This document shows, one piece after another, positions 48,012 to 62,036 of a DNA stretch of 64,000 nucleotides. A program made the translations under genes and the position numbers. Each line of letters starts with the position of its first letter. Positions within the stretch are counted from its first letter, which is position 1. Source of the DNA: Pristiophorus japonicus (lineage: Eukaryota). The notes under the pieces were generated by a model. The model was not told the origin of the DNA, did not search any database, and saw only the letters and a list, made by a program, of their open reading frames with translations. The DNA is taken from assembly GCF_044704955.1 (NCBI RefSeq), contig NC_091978.1, forward strand, positions 269,452,001 through 269,516,000. Reading direction: 5' to 3'.

Positions 48012-50270
48012 CTAAAAGAGAGAAAAGGTTGATTATTTATAGTCCTGTATGGGAGCAGAACAGAAGGTTGTTTCTGATAGAAATATGAAATAAAACATAA
48101 GCAGAATTTTCCTTCTCTAACAAAGGACAAGGAAAAAAAAGCAAAGGCGAGTAGCCTGGTTGCTCTAGCAACACTCCATCCTAGGGAAAGGAAACAGCTG
48201 GAAAATCTCTCTCATCCTGTAGGCAAGAAAAATATATTAAACACACACTAATAGGGTTGGTACTAACATTTCATGAAATATATGGCTACGTCATCCTGCA
48301 ATGTCAGCTCATAGGGGACTGTGTGACAGCAGTGATGCTTTAATTGGGAAATTAAAGAGGAAAAGGGGAACATTGTACAGTGCAGAAGTGAGAAGACTGA
48401 AAATTGCAAACAAAATCCAAATTAAGGGTAAATTCCTCCCGAACATTTCAAAGACTTTCCTTACAACAGATGTTAAATATACTGGTCTATAATTCCAGGT
48501 GTGCCTCAACCTTTAAAAAAAATTAAAACAAATTACCCTGTATTGAATTTCCCATGACATTGCTTGTAATTAGGAGGAAATAGTATACATCATTACAGAC
48601 GTTGTCTTTTGATTTCAAGGAACTGGAGATGTGAAACCATTACCAAATCATTGTTATTTTCTGAAATACAGGAGTCTGTACTGAATTTAATAAACTTACA
48701 AAAATGTCAGTTACAGCTTAATTAATTTCTATCCCCATCTCCTTTAAGACTGGTAGGAGCAGATTGTCTGGACTAGGTATTTAATGGGTATAGTTATAAA
48801 AAGATTAGATGTCCTTAAAATATACTTAAACAAACTGTCTAGCCAATTCCCTTTCATTACTAGAAACCCAATAACCACAAGCAACTTTTGTTCCTCTTTG
48901 AGTAGAGAGAGATGTGCGGGAACTATTTAATAATGGTTATTTCCTCATCCCTACATTCTAGCTTCCTACTTTTTTCCTCCAAATTACTTTGAATCTTTAT
49001 AAATGAAAGAATTGCATTTATATAGCGCCTTTCACGACCACCGGACATCTCAAAGTGTTTACAGCCAATGAAGTACTTTTGGAGTGTAGTCACTATTGTG
49101 ATGTGGGAAATGTACCCAATCCTTCCACCTACTGATGTTCATCCTATTCTTTACAACCCTATTTAACCACACTGACCTCTACTGCTCTTTCATCTGTTTG
49201 TATTTGGCCAGAATTAATTCTAATTGGAGTCTCATGGCGCAATACAATTGGACTAAAGGTTTATCTCTATAAAATATGCAAGTGGGAGATAATCCCACTG
49301 CACCGTTAACACTGAATCATAATCATAGGCCTCCACCAAAAGTGCTGGTGTGTAGCAGGTATGGCATAAAATATTCAGCAGATAGTTGCTGGTTGATAGT
49401 CTGGCAATTGTAAGCCAGAATTAGCTCAAAGAGCTGTGGAAGCTGGGTCATTGATTAAATTTAAGGCAGTATTGACGGTTTCTTAACCAATAAGGGAATA
49501 AGGGATTATGGGGAGCGGGCAGGGAAGTGGACCCGAGTCCATGATCGGATCAGCCATGATCGTATTGAATGGCGGAGCAGGCTCGAGGGGCCGTATGGCC
49601 AACTCCTGCTCCTATTTATGTTCTTCGGAATGACTAATTCTCATCTAAAATTGTACATTAGCATCAGCTATTTTCATTAGTGAAACAAGCTTAGTATGTC
49701 CATAGGAAACAGCTGTGAAATAAATCCATTCTTCTCAACCAATTGAATCAAAAACCTTCAATACTCATCAGAAAGCCTGGTGCATATCTTCTGATCTAGA
49801 AGGAAATGGTAGATTTGGAAATCGCTCAATTTGCAACAGCCGAGATCAAAGCATCTCATAGGATTACATAGGATATATGGCACAGAAACAGACCATTTAG
49901 CCCAACCAGTCCATGCTGGTGTTTATGCTCCACTCGGGCCTCCTCCAAATCTATCAGCATAACCCTCTATTCCCTTCTCCCTCATATGCTTGTCTAGCCT
50001 CCCCTTAAATGCATCTATACTATTTGATTCAACCACTCCCTGTGGTAGCGAGTTCCACATTTTCACCATTCTTTGGGTAAAGAAATTTCTTCTGAATTTC
50101 CTATTGGATTTCTTGGTGATTTTCTTATATTGATGGCCTCCAGTCATGCTCTTTCCCACAAGTGGAAACATTCTCTCTGTATCCACTCTATCAAAACCTT
50201 TCATAATTTTAAAGTCCTCCATTAGGTCACCCCTCAGCCTTCTTTTTTCCCCAAAAGAGAGACCCACCCC

Positions 50271-53200
50271 TGTTATGTATGCAACCCTATGTAACCAGCA
50301 TTCTACCGCCACCAAGGGGTGTATCTGTTGGAGTCCCAAGGAGTCCCAGCATCACTTGGGAGCACAGTTTATAAAGCAGGCTTCCCATGAGTTGGAATAA
50401 AGAGACTGAGGTCACACTTACCTCTACAGTACTCAATCACATTACTTTGTTAAGGACATAACAACTGGCGACGAGATAACGAACCATCACACAAAAATGC
50501 AGAGAACTGTTGGTATCCTGGAGAAATTCTCAGAAGGGGACGATTGGGAGGCCTTCGTGAAGCGACTCGACCAATACTTCATGGCCAATGAGCTGGAAGG
50601 ATGTGTGAACGCTGCCAAATGAAGGGCGATCCTCCTCACCGTCTGCGGGGCAACAACCGATGACCTCATGAAGAATCTTCTTGCTCCGGTGAAACCAACA
50701 ACCAAATCGCATGAAGAACTGTGTACGCTAGTCCGGGAGCAGCTAAATCCGAAGGAGAGCGTTCTGATGGCAAGGTATCGATTTTACACATGTCAACAGT
50801 CTGAAGGCCAAACTAAGGTGCCTTGCAGGACTTTGCAAATTTGACGGATTCCTGGAGCAGATGCTAAGAGACTTTTGTGCTTGGCATTGGCCATGAGGTT
50901 ATCCTTCGCAAACTATTGACTGTTGAAACACCGAACCTGAGCAAAGCCATAACGATAGCCCAGGCATTTATGTCCACCAGCGATTAACACCAAATAAATT
51001 TTGCAGCATAAAGATGTTTCGGCAAGTACTGTACACAAAGTAACATCGTTTTCAGGCAGGAATGCATATGGCAGAACTTACATGTCTGCAGCTGCACAAC
51101 CTCAGATGACTCAGAGTCCCCCATCAAGCGTTAATGCGAGGCAGTTAGCACCTTGTTGGCGCTGCAGAGGTGATCATCGAGCCCATCAATGCCGCTTCAA
51201 ACACTATGCGTGCAAAGGCTGTGGAACAATGGGACAGCTCCAGCGAATGTGCAGACGAGCTGCAAACCACCACGTTGCAGAGGAAGACCGATCCATGGCG
51301 GATCAAACTGAACTAGAGACTCAAACCGAGGAGGCAGAAGTGTATGGGGTACACACTTTCACCACAAAATGTTCACCGACCATGTTAAAAGTTGAACTGA
51401 ACAGAATTCCAGTATCCATGGAATTGGACATGGGTGCGAGTCAGTCCATCATGAGCAAAAAGGCCTTCGACAGGCTGTGGTGCAACAAGGCACATTCACA
51501 CAAGCTAAGCCCCATTCACACCAAGCTGAGAACTTACACTAAAGAGCTTATCCCTGTAATTGGTAGTGCAGCAGTAAAAGTCTCCTATGATGGAGCAGTG
51601 CACGAACTACCATTATGGATTGTACCAAGAGATGGCCCCACACTGTTCGGCAGAAGCTGGCTGGGAAAAATCCGCTGGAACTGGGATGACATCCGAGCGC
51701 TTTCGTCCGTCGACGACACCTCATGTGCCCAGGTTCTGAACAAGTTTCCGTCGTTGTTTGAGCCAGGCATCAGAAGTTTCTCAGGGGCGCAGGTGCAGAT
51801 CCACTTGATTCCCCGTACGCGACCCATCCACCACAAGGCACGGGCGGTGCCATATATGATGAGAGAGAAAATGGAGATCGAACTTGACAGGCTGCAACAA
51901 GAGGGCATCATCGCACCAGTGGAGTTCAACGAGTGGGCCAGTCCTATTGTTCCGGTTCTCAAGGGCGATGGCACGGTCAGAATTTGCGGGGACTATAAAG
52001 TAACGATTAACCATTTTTTGCTGCAGGACCAGTATCCGCTACCCAAGGCAGACGACCTATTTGCGATGCTGGCAGGAGGAAAGACGTTCATCATGTTGGA
52101 CCTGACCTCGGCCTACATGACGCAGGAGCTCGGAATCTTCGAAAGACCTCATCTGCACACGCACAATAGTATGTTCATCTACAATAGATGCCCGTTTGGG
52201 ATTTGTTCGGCCACAGCTATTTTTCAAAGGAACGTGCACCGTGGTTTTCCAGGACGACATACTGATCCACAGGTCGGAACACCATCGAACATTTGCAGAA
52301 CCTGGAAGAGATTCTAAGTCAGCTAGATCGTGTAGGATTCAGGTTGAAACGCTCGAAGTGTGTTTTCCTGGTGCCAGAGGTCGAGTTCTTAGGGAGAAGA
52401 ATCGCGGCAGATGGCATCAGACTCACCGATGCCATGACGGAGGCCATCAAGAACGCGCCGAGACCACAGAATGTGACGGAGCTGCGGTCATTCCTGGGAC
52501 TCCTCAATTATTTTGGTAATTTCCAACCCGGGTTAAGCACCTTGAAAGAACCTCTACACGTGTTGCTACGCAAGGGAGATGACTGGGTATGGGGGAAAAT
52601 CACAAGAGACAGCTTTTGAGAAAGCTCAAAAGCTCGTATGTTCCAACAAACTGCTTGTCCTGTATGATCCTTGTAAACGTTTAGTGCTAGCTTGCGATGA
52701 ACCTTCGTACGGGGTCGGGTATGTGTTACAAGTAGTAAACGAATCGGGACCATTGCAACCAGTCCTTATGCGTCCAGGAGCTTGTCCAAGGCTGAAAGGG
52801 CCTACAGCATGATTGAAAAAGAAGCTCTGACATGTGTTTACAGGATAAAAAAAAATGCATCAGTATCTGTTTGGGCTTAAGTTCGAGTTAGAAATTGACC
52901 ATAAGCCGCTCATATCGCTATTCTCAGAGAGCAAAGGTATCAATACCAATGCCTCTGCTCGCATCCAAAGATGGGCGCTCATGCTGTCTGCATATAACTA
53001 TGTAATTCACCACAGGCCAGGCACAGAGAACTGCGCTGACACCCTCAGTCGGCTACCATTGCCCACCACCGGGATGGAAATGGTACAGCCTGCAGACCTG
53101 CTCTTGGTGATTGATGCATTTGAAAACGAAAAGTTACCCATTACGCCCTGCCAGATCAGGACCAGCGGAGATGCATGAAGAGATCAAGCCGTTCCAGCGG

Positions 53201-54629
53201 CGTAAAGACGAAATGTCCACTGGTGGACTGTCTTTTGTGGGGTAATCACGTGGTTTTGCCCAAGAAAGGCAGGGAAACGTTCATACGCGACCTACACAGT
53301 ACCCACCCAGGCAGAGTAATGATGAAAGCTATAGCCAAATCCCACGTGTGGTGGCCCGGCATCAACTCAGATTTGGAGTCTTGCGTGTGCCAATGCAACA
53401 CTTGCTCTAAACTGGATAATGCACCCAGGGAGGCAACGCTAATTTGTGGTCATGGCCCTCCAAACTGTGATCTAGGATCCACGTTGACTTCGCTGGCCCG
53501 TTTTTAGGCAAAATGTTCTTGGTTGTTGTGGATGCTTATTCAAAATGGATTGCGTGTGTAATAATGTCTGTAAGCACGTCCACTGCCACCATGGAAAACC
53601 TACAAGCCATGTTTGCCATGCCTGATGTCCTTGAAAACGACAACGGGCTGAGCTTCACCAGTGCTGAATTCAAGGAATTAATGACCCGCAATGGGATCAA
53701 GCACGTCACATCTGCCCCGTTCAAGCCCGCATCCAATGGCCAGGCAGAACAGGCAGTTCAAACCATCAAGCAAAGCTTGAAACACGTGTCGGAAGGCTCC
53801 CTGCAGACCCACCTGTCCCGAGTCCTGCTCAGCTACCGCACCAGACCCCACTCGCTCAGCGGGGTTCCCCCAGCCGAGCTGCTCATGAAAAGGAGGCTCA
53901 AAACAAGGCTCTCTCTCGTCCACTCTGATCTCCATGATCACGTCGAGGGCAGGTGACATCAACAAAGCATGTACCATGATTGCGCAAATTTGTCACGTGA
54001 TATTGAAGTCAATGGCCCTGTATTTACTCAACTATGGACATGGTCCCAACTGGCTTGCTGGCATCGTCATAGCCAAAGAAGGGAGTAGGGTGTTTCAAAT
54101 CAAACTTGCAAATGGACTAACTTGCAGAAAGCATTTGGACCAAACCAAACTGCGATTCACAGACAGCCACGAGCAACTGAAGAGGACACCACCAACTTCG
54201 ACCCTCCGATACACACACAAGTGGCAACCGACATCACGGTTGTCCACGAAGCTGAACTCATCATCCCCAGCAAGGCTAGCAGTGCAGCAGCCCAGCGAAG
54301 AACCAACCAACTCACCTGCACCTGCATTTATACAGAGATGATCGACTAGGGAGCGAAAAGCCCCAGATCGTCTCACCCTGTAAAATAAGAGTACTATTGA
54401 CTTTGGGAGGGAGTGATGTTATGTATGTAACCCTATGTAACCAGCATTCTACCGCCACCAGAGGGCGTATCTGTTGGAGTCCCAAGCGATCCCAGCATTC
54501 CTTGGGAGCACTGTATATAAGCAGGCCTCCCATGCTGTACCAACACTCTGGAGTTGGAATAAAGAGACTAAGGTCACACTTACTCATGTCTACAGTACTC
54601 AATCACACTACTTTATTATGGACATAACA
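50271..54629 (+). mobile_element. Full-length Ty3/gypsy (Mag-like) LTR retrotransposon, decayed
   Basis: LTRs 50271-50463 and 54417-54629; PBS TGGCGACGAG at 50466-50475; PPT GGGAGGGAG; approximate TSD CACCC; gag knuckles CWRCRGDHRAHQC and CKGCGTMG; protease ELDMGAS; RT FQDD; RNase H; integrase SNGQAE. Confidence 0.95.
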
Positions 54630-55071
54630 CACCCTGTTAATCCTTTCCCAATATCTATACCGGCGCATTTCTGATATCATCCTTGTAAATCTTCTCTGCA
54701 CCCTCTCCAGTACCTCTATCCTTTTTATAATATAGCAACCAGAATTGTATGCAGTACTCTGTGTGTGGTCTAACCAAGGTTTTATACAATTTTAGCATAA
54801 CTTCCCTACTTTTCAATGCTAACCCTCTAGAAATAAACCTTAGTGCTTGGTTTGTTTTTTCATGGCCTTGCTAACCTGTGTCGCAACTTTGAGTGATTTG
54901 TGCATTTGTACCCCAAGATCCCTTTGTTCCTCAACCCCACCCAGACTCTCACCCTCCAAGTAATAAGTGACCTCCCGATCTTCCTCCCAAAATGTAATAC
55001 CTCACATTTATTTGTGTTGAACTTAATTTGCCAATTATATGCCCATTCTGCAAGTTTATTAATGTTCTCTT

Positions 55072-55284
55072 TGTTATGTCTCAAATAAAGCAATGTGACT
55101 GAATACTATAGACTTGAGTAAGTGTGACTTTAGTCTCTTTATTCTGACTCCAGAGTGCTGGCACAGCCTGGGAAGCCTGTTTATATGCAGTGCTCCCAAG
55201 GGATGCAGGGATCCCTTGGGACTCCAACAGATGCACCCTCTGGTGGCGGTAGAATGCTGGTTACAAGGTGTTGCATAAATAACA
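55072..55284 (-). mobile_element. Gypsy solo LTR (213 bp)
   Basis: Reverse complement of the 54417-54629 LTR family; TG...CA ends; perfect 5-bp TSD CTCTT at 55067-55071 and 55285-55289. Confidence 0.93.
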
Positions 55285-56895
55285 CTCTTGTAATACATTC
55301 CTCCTCAGTATTGACTAACCGCACCCCCCTCTCCTTAATTTGGTGTCATCCGCAAATTTAGAAATTGTGTTTTTGATTCCAAAATCGAAATTTTTTATAT
55401 AAATTGTGAACAACAGTGGTCCGAGCATTGATCCTTGTGGAACACCACTACCCACCTTCTGCCATTGTGAATAGCTACCTTTTATGACAAACTCTCTGCT
55501 TTCTGAGTTGAAGCCAGCTAGCTATCCATTCTGCTACTTGTCCCCTGACCCTGCATTCTCTGACCTTGTTCATCAGTCTATTGTGGAGTACTTTAGCGAA
55601 GGCCTGTTGAAAATCTAGATAAATGACATCTACTGCATTACCATTGTCTACTCTTTCCGCTACCTCTTCAAAAAATTCAATGAGGTTGGTCAAGCAAGAC
55701 ATTTCCTTTTGAAATCCATGCTAACTATTCGTTATTATATTTTTGGTTTCAAGATGTTCTTCTATTTTCTCCTTTGGTAGGGATTCCATTATTTTTTGTA
55801 CCACTGGTATTAAGCTGACTGGTCTGTAATTTCCTGGACATGTTCTGTACCTCTTCTTAAATTTAGGTATTGCGTTAGCTATCTGCCAGTCCTCTGGTAG
55901 TAGACCGTTTTCTAACGAATTATTAAATATGTGTATTAATGCCTCTGCTATCTCTTCCCTAGATTATTTTAAAATGCATGGATGCAATCCATTCAGGGCT
56001 TTATATTCTTTGAGTTTGATTAGCTTATTTAATATATCCCCTCTTTTTATTTTAATTACTAATCTCATCATCCAATGTCATGTCCACCTGTTCTATCTCC
56101 TTGGTAAATACTGAAGCTAAATAAATGGCCCTGAAATTCCGGTCGGAGGCTTCTTTCGGACAAACGTCTCTGACTGGAGAATTTTTCTGAAAGTACCTGG
56201 TGGTCCCGGAGGAGCAAGGAGTTCCGTTGGGGAGGACTTCTCTTCCCACACTCCGAAGCGCACCCCCGTCCTCCAGGTTCCCACACAGAAGATGCAGTCA
56301 CATGTGACTGCTCAACCAATCAGGTAAAGTATTCTCAATTAATAGCAATGGGAACTCCGTATCTACAAGTTTTCATTGCTATTAATTGAGAAAGAAAAAC
56401 AAACACTAAATAAAAAACACAACTCACATAAAATTAAAATTAAAGTTAATAAATAGCTTAGAGAAATTTACCCCCCCCCCCCCCCCACCGAGTTTAAAAA
56501 AAAAATGTAAATTATGGTTTAAAAGAAATGTAACATCGTGGGCAGTGTTTTTAAAAATAAAGTGTTTTTTAAATTTTATTTTTAATGTTTTAAGTGTGTT
56601 TTAAAAGTCTTATGTCTGTAAAAGTAGGCTATGTATGTCTGTAAAAGAAGGCTATGTGCCTGCTTTTATCAGAGTTTTGAGGACATTTGCTGGGCAAGAT
56701 ATGGGTAAATACTGCAATCTTGCCCATGCTTGACAGATCGGAAGAGCCGGTTTTCAGCGCATGCGCATTGTGCGCTGAAAACCGGCTTTTACGATGCCTT
56801 CCCGGGTCTGTACACATTCCGTACGGACACAGGGAGGTCAGAATTCTGCCAAGCAGCAAGAAGAGCTGTGAAAGATCCAAATCATGCCACTTATG

Positions 56896-58215
56896 GGGCC
56901 CAAGTTTGCCCCCAGGGTTAGAACGACGCATCTCTGTGCGGTGCGCCGACTTTTTAGAACAGAAACAGCGCCTATTATTTACCTTGGTATTCTCCCATCC
57001 GTCTGGTTGATCCAGACACTTGGCGCAGGGCAGCAGAACGCATGGTGGGGGGGGGCGGAGCCAGGTCCCGGTGCTGAAAGCAGTGCCGGGACCTCTGCAC
57101 ATGCATGGTAGAGTGGGCGCGCATGTGCAGGAGATCCAGGCCCCTGAGGCTGCGTGGGAGGGGCCCAAAGCATGCCGCCCCTAGCCCTGGCCGAATGGGC
57201 TCACCGGGGCGGAGAAGATCGGACTCTGGCCCCGCTCTCCCCCCAGCCCCCCCAACTTCCTCCCTCCCATTCAGCCTCTCCCCCTCCCTCCCTCCACGTC
57301 ATCGTCGGCGGGGCCTGCCCGCCCAGCCTCTCGCTGGAGGCGGACCCCGCCAGAAGTCCTCCATGGGAGCCAGACGGTGGCGGCGACAGGGCCCGTTCAG
57401 CACCCCCCCGCCCCGTTCAGCCCCCCGTCTTCTCTCTCTCTCTCTCTTTCTTTCCCCCCCTCCCCCTCTTCCTCCCCCCCTCTCTCTCCTTCCTCTCCCC
57501 CTCTCTCTCCTTCCCTCCCCCACCCCCCCTCAATCCCTTCCTCTCCCCCCCCATCCCTTCCTCTCCCCCCTCCTCCATCCCTTCCTCTCCCCCCCTCCCC
57601 CATCCCTTCCTCCCCCCCTCCTTCCTCCCCCCCTCCCCCATCCCTTCCTCCCCCCCTCCCCACCCTTGTCAGAAAGAGAGAGACACTGACAAAGGCAGAG
57701 ACAGAGAAACACTGACAGAGACAGAGAGAGAAACACTAGGGGGGCCCGTCCCAGCACACTGTTGGAGGGCTCCCGGTGCTATAGTCGGTGAGTAGAAACT
57801 TAATTTTTTTATTTATTGATTGATTTTTTTATTTATTTTTTATTTTTAAATTTTTTTTTGATTGATTTATTGGTTGATTTATTTATCATTTATTATTGAT
57901 GATGGCTCTTTATTTGTAAAATAGAAATGTTTAATGTTTGTAAACTTTCCTTCCCATCTCTCGTTCCCTACACCTGATTTGTTAGTGAAAGCAAGGTTTT
58001 TCTGAGCCTAAGGTAGTTTGGAGTAAGTTTTCGCTGCCTAAACTTGCTAAACAGGCATAAGTGGCTGAACACGCCCCCTTTTGAAAAAACATTCTAAAAT
58101 GGAACTATTCTAACTCACTAGAACTGGAGCAAACTAAATGCCGAGAATTGCAATTTCTAAGATGCTTCATTCTAAACTAGTTGCTCCGGAGCAACTCAGG
58201 CCGAAACTTGAGCCC
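56896..58215. mobile_element. Non-autonomous Harbinger-like element (1.32 kb)
   Basis: TIRs GGGCCCAAGTTT and AAACTTGAGCCC; 3-bp TSD ATG at 56893-56895 and 58216-58218; TIR start resembles the element at 4541. Confidence 0.8.
57420..57668. repeat. Polypyrimidine/polypurine low-complexity tract
   Basis: About 250 bp of nearly pure C/T with repeated CCATCCCTTCCTCTCCCCCC units. Confidence 0.9.
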
Positions 58216-58679
58216 ATGGAAACTCCTGTAACACCAAAAGGTGAATTTACAGGTTGTTCCAGGAGGTGGGCAGGCACAAGTCTTGCCAAATGCTTAGGAC
58301 TGCACCTAAAATGGAACAAATCTTAAGCACAGTTGATAAGCCACCAACAGCAAATGTAAAAATGAACAGGGGATGAACCTATCTCCATCTCTACTCATGG
58401 TTGTGTCTGCAGTTACTTTTTCAGATTTAGTACAGACCACTAGATTAGAGAATGGGGAGAGAAATAAAAAGAGGAACATCTGGGTTGTAGCATGTGGGGT
58501 TTTAGAAATATCAATAATTCTTAAGAAGTTACTGATAATTTTTCACCTCTGCGCAGATCAAGTACAATCCATCTGGTTATGAAAAAACAAAGTGCCTTAG
58601 TAGGACAGTTTTAAAAGGAACAAAATGTAGAACGAGGTAAATAAAATCTTACAGAAAGCAAATAATTAACCCAGTTCTC

Positions 58680-61600
58680 ATAGAATGGTTACAGTACAGG
58701 AAGCCATTCGGCCTGTCGAGCCTATGCCGGCTCTCTGCAAGAGCATTTCAGCTAGTCCCTTTCCCCGTATAGCCCTGCAATTTGTTTCCCTTCACATAGT
58801 TATCCAATTCCCTTTTAAAAGCTACAATTGAATCGGCCTCCAGCACCCTCTCAGGCAATGTATTCTAGATCCTAACCACCCCCTGCGTAAAAAAAGTTTT
58901 TCCTCATGTCGCCTTTGGTTCTTCTGCCAATCACCTTAACTCTGTGTCCTCTGGTTCCCAACCCTTCTGCCAATGGGAACAGTTTCTCTCTATCTACTAT
59001 CTTGACCCTTCATGATTGTGAATACCTCCATCAAATCTTCTCTCAACCTTCTCTGTTCCAAGGAGAATTGGACACAATATTCCAGTTGAGGCCAAACCAG
59101 TGTTTTATAAAGATTCATTATAATTTCCACTCTTTTTGTAATCTATGCCTCAATTTATGAAGCCCAGGATCCCATTTGCTTTTTTAACCACTTTCTCAGC
59201 CTACCCTGCCACCTTCAACGATTTGTGCACATATTCCCCCAGGTCTCTCTGTTCATGCATCCTCTTTAGAATTGTACCCTTTAGTTTATATTGCCTCTCC
59301 TTGTTCTTCCTACCAAAATATATCACTTCATACATTTAAAATTTAATCTGCCACATGTCCACCTATTCCACCAGCCTGTCCATGTCCTCTTGAAGTCTAT
59401 CACTATCCTCCTCACTGTTCACTATAATTCCAAATTTTGTGTCATCTGCAAATTTGAAATTGTGCCCTGTACACCCAAGTCCAAGTCATTGGTATAATTC
59501 AAGAAAAGCAGTGGTCTTAGTGGTGTTCCCAAGGAGTCGGTACTATGTAACTTCCTCCAATCCGAAAAGTAACTTCACCACTACTCTGTTTCCTGTCACT
59601 TGGCCAATTTCGTATCCATGCTGCCACTGTCCCTTGTATTACATGGGCTTCAACTTTGCTGGCAAGCCTATTATGTGGCACTTTATCAAAATGTCTTTTG
59701 GAAGTCCATGTACACATCAACCGCATTGCCCTCTTCAACCCTCTGTTACCTCATCAAAAAGCTCAATCAACTTAAACACGATTTGTCTTTAGAAAAAGAA
59801 ACATAGAAAAATAGGTGCAGGAGTAGGCCATTCAGCCCTTCAAGCCTGCACCGCCATTCAATAAGATCATGGCTGATCATTCCTTCAGTTCCCCTTTCCT
59901 GCTTTCTCTCCATACCCCTTGATCCCCTTAACCGTAAGAGCCATATCTAACTCCCTCTTTAATATATCCAGTGAACTGGCATCAACAACTCTCTGCGGCA
60001 GGGAATTCCACAGGTTAACAACTCTCAGTGAAGAAGTTTCTCCTCACCTCAGTCCTAAATGACCTACCCCTTATCCTAAGACTATGTCCCCTGGTTCTGG
60101 ACTTCCCCAACATCGGGAACATTCTTCCTGCATCTAACCTGTCCAGTCCCGTCAGAATCTTATATGTTGCTATGAGATCCCCTCTCATCCTTCTAAACTC
60201 CAGTGAATAAAGGCCCAATTGATCCAGTCTCTCCTCATATGACAGCCCAGCCATCCCTGAAATCAGTCTGGTGAACCTTCGCTGCACTCCCTCAATAGCA
60301 AGAACGTCCTTCCTCAGACTAGGAGACAAAAACTGAACACAATATTCCAGGTAAGGCCTCACTAAGGCCCTGTGCAACTGCAGTAAGACCTCCCCGTTTC
60401 TATATTCAAATCCCCTAGCTATGAAGGCCAACATACCATTTGCCTTCTTTACCGCCTGCTGTACCTGCGTGCCCACTTTCAGTGACTGATGAACCATGAC
60501 ACCCAGGTCTCGTTGCACCTCCCCTTTTTCTACTCTGCCGCCATTCAGATAATATTCTGCCTTCGTGTTTTTGCCCCCAAAATGGATAACCTCACATTTA
60601 TCCACATTATACTGCATCTGCCATGCATTTGCCCACTTACCTAACCTGTCCAAGTCATCCTGCAGCCTCTTAGCGTCCTCCTCACAGCTCACACCATCAC
60701 CCAGTTTAGTGTCATCTGCAAACTTAGAGATATTACACTCAATTCCTTCATCCAAATCGTTAATGTATATTGTAAAGAGCTGGGGTCCCAGCACTGAGCC
60801 CTGCGGCACTCCACTAGTCACTGCCTGCCATTCTGAAAAGGACCCGTTTATCCCGACTCTGTGCTTCCTGTCTGCCAACTAGTTCCCTATCCACGCCAGT
60901 ATATTACCCCCAATACCATGTGCTTTGATTTTGCACAACAATCTCTTGAGGGACCGTGTCAAAAGCCTTCTGAAAGTCCAAATACACCACATCCACTGGT
61001 TCTCCCTTTTCCAATCTGCTAGTTACATCCACAAAAAATTCCAGAAGATTCGTCAAGCATGATTTCCCTTTCATAAATCCATGCTGGCTTGGTCCGATCC
61101 TGTCACCGCTTTCCAAATGCGCTGCTATTTCATCCTTCATTATCGATTCCAACATTTTCCCCACTACTGATGCCAAGCTAACCGGTCTATAATTACCCGT
61201 TTTCTCTCTTCCTCCTTTTTAAAAAAGTGGTGTTACATTAGCTACCCACCAGTCCATGGGAACAAATCGTACTGGCTTTCCTTAATTAAATCCACATTTG
61301 TCCAAGTGACTGTAAATTTTTGAACCAGATTATCGTTTCCAAAAGCTTCCCCACGACCGAGGTTAAACTGACAGCCTGTAGTTGAACACAGGTGTAAGAT
61401 TTGCACATCTCCTGTCCTCTGTCATCAGCCCCATATCCAAGGAGGATTGGAAGATTATGGCCAGTACCGTGGCAATTTCCTTAGCATCCTCGGATGCATC
61501 CCATCCGGTCCTGGTGACTTATCTATTTTAAGTAGAGCCTGCCTTTCGAGTACCTTTTATCAATTTTTATCCCATCCAGTATCTCAACTACCTCCTCTTT

Positions 61601-62036
61601 CACTATGACTTTGGTAGCAGCATCTTCCTTGGTAAAGACAGATGTAAAGTACTTATTTAGTACCTCAGCCATCCCCTCTGCCTCCATGCTTAGGTCTTGT
61701 TTTTGATTCCTAAATGGCCACACCCCTCCTCTTACTACCTGCTACCTGTTTATATGCCCATAGAAGACTTTTGGATTTCCTTTTATGTTAGCTACCAATC
61801 TATTCTCATACTCTCTCTTTGCTCCTCTTATTTCCTTTTTCATTTCCCCTCTAAACTTTCTATATTCAGCCTAGTTCTCACTTGTGTTCTCAACTCGACA
61901 TCTGTCATACTGCTTCAGCTTACTCTCTATCTCTTCCATCGTCCAGGGAGCTCTGGCTTTGGTTTCCCTATCTTTCCCCCTCGTGGGAATATACTTCGAC
62001 TGTACCCGAACCATCTCCTCTTTAAAGGCAGCCCAT
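58680..62036 (-). mobile_element. Older CR1 interrupted by a younger CR1
   Basis: CR1 3' end at 58680; breaks at ACACGATTTGTCTTT (59790) and resumes at AACAAATCGTACTGGC (61261); includes AEVLNKYFTSVFTKED. Confidence 0.8.
59791..61262 (-). mobile_element. Young CR1, RT domain and 3' end
   Basis: 287-aa ORF with [21 protein letters not shown] and KFADD; upstream SQHGFMKGKSCLTNLLEFF. Confidence 0.95.

Larger units (their letters stand above)
49860..56125 (-). mobile_element. CR1 LINE hosting a gypsy provirus and a solo LTR
   Basis: CR1 3' end at 49860-50270, resuming at 54630-55071 and 55285-56125 (SCLTNLIEFFEEV...VDVIYLDFQQAF). Confidence 0.88.

Noticed and set aside
56147-56851. Possible additional TIR element (GGCCCTGAAATTCC ... 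GAATTCTGCC)
   Set aside because: The termini match poorly and no TSD is seen. It is probably a repeat but the boundaries cannot be supported.
57105-57795. Pro-rich and Gly/Arg/Glu-rich ORFs up to 213 aa
   Set aside because: They are artefacts of the stop-free polypyrimidine tract inside a MITE.
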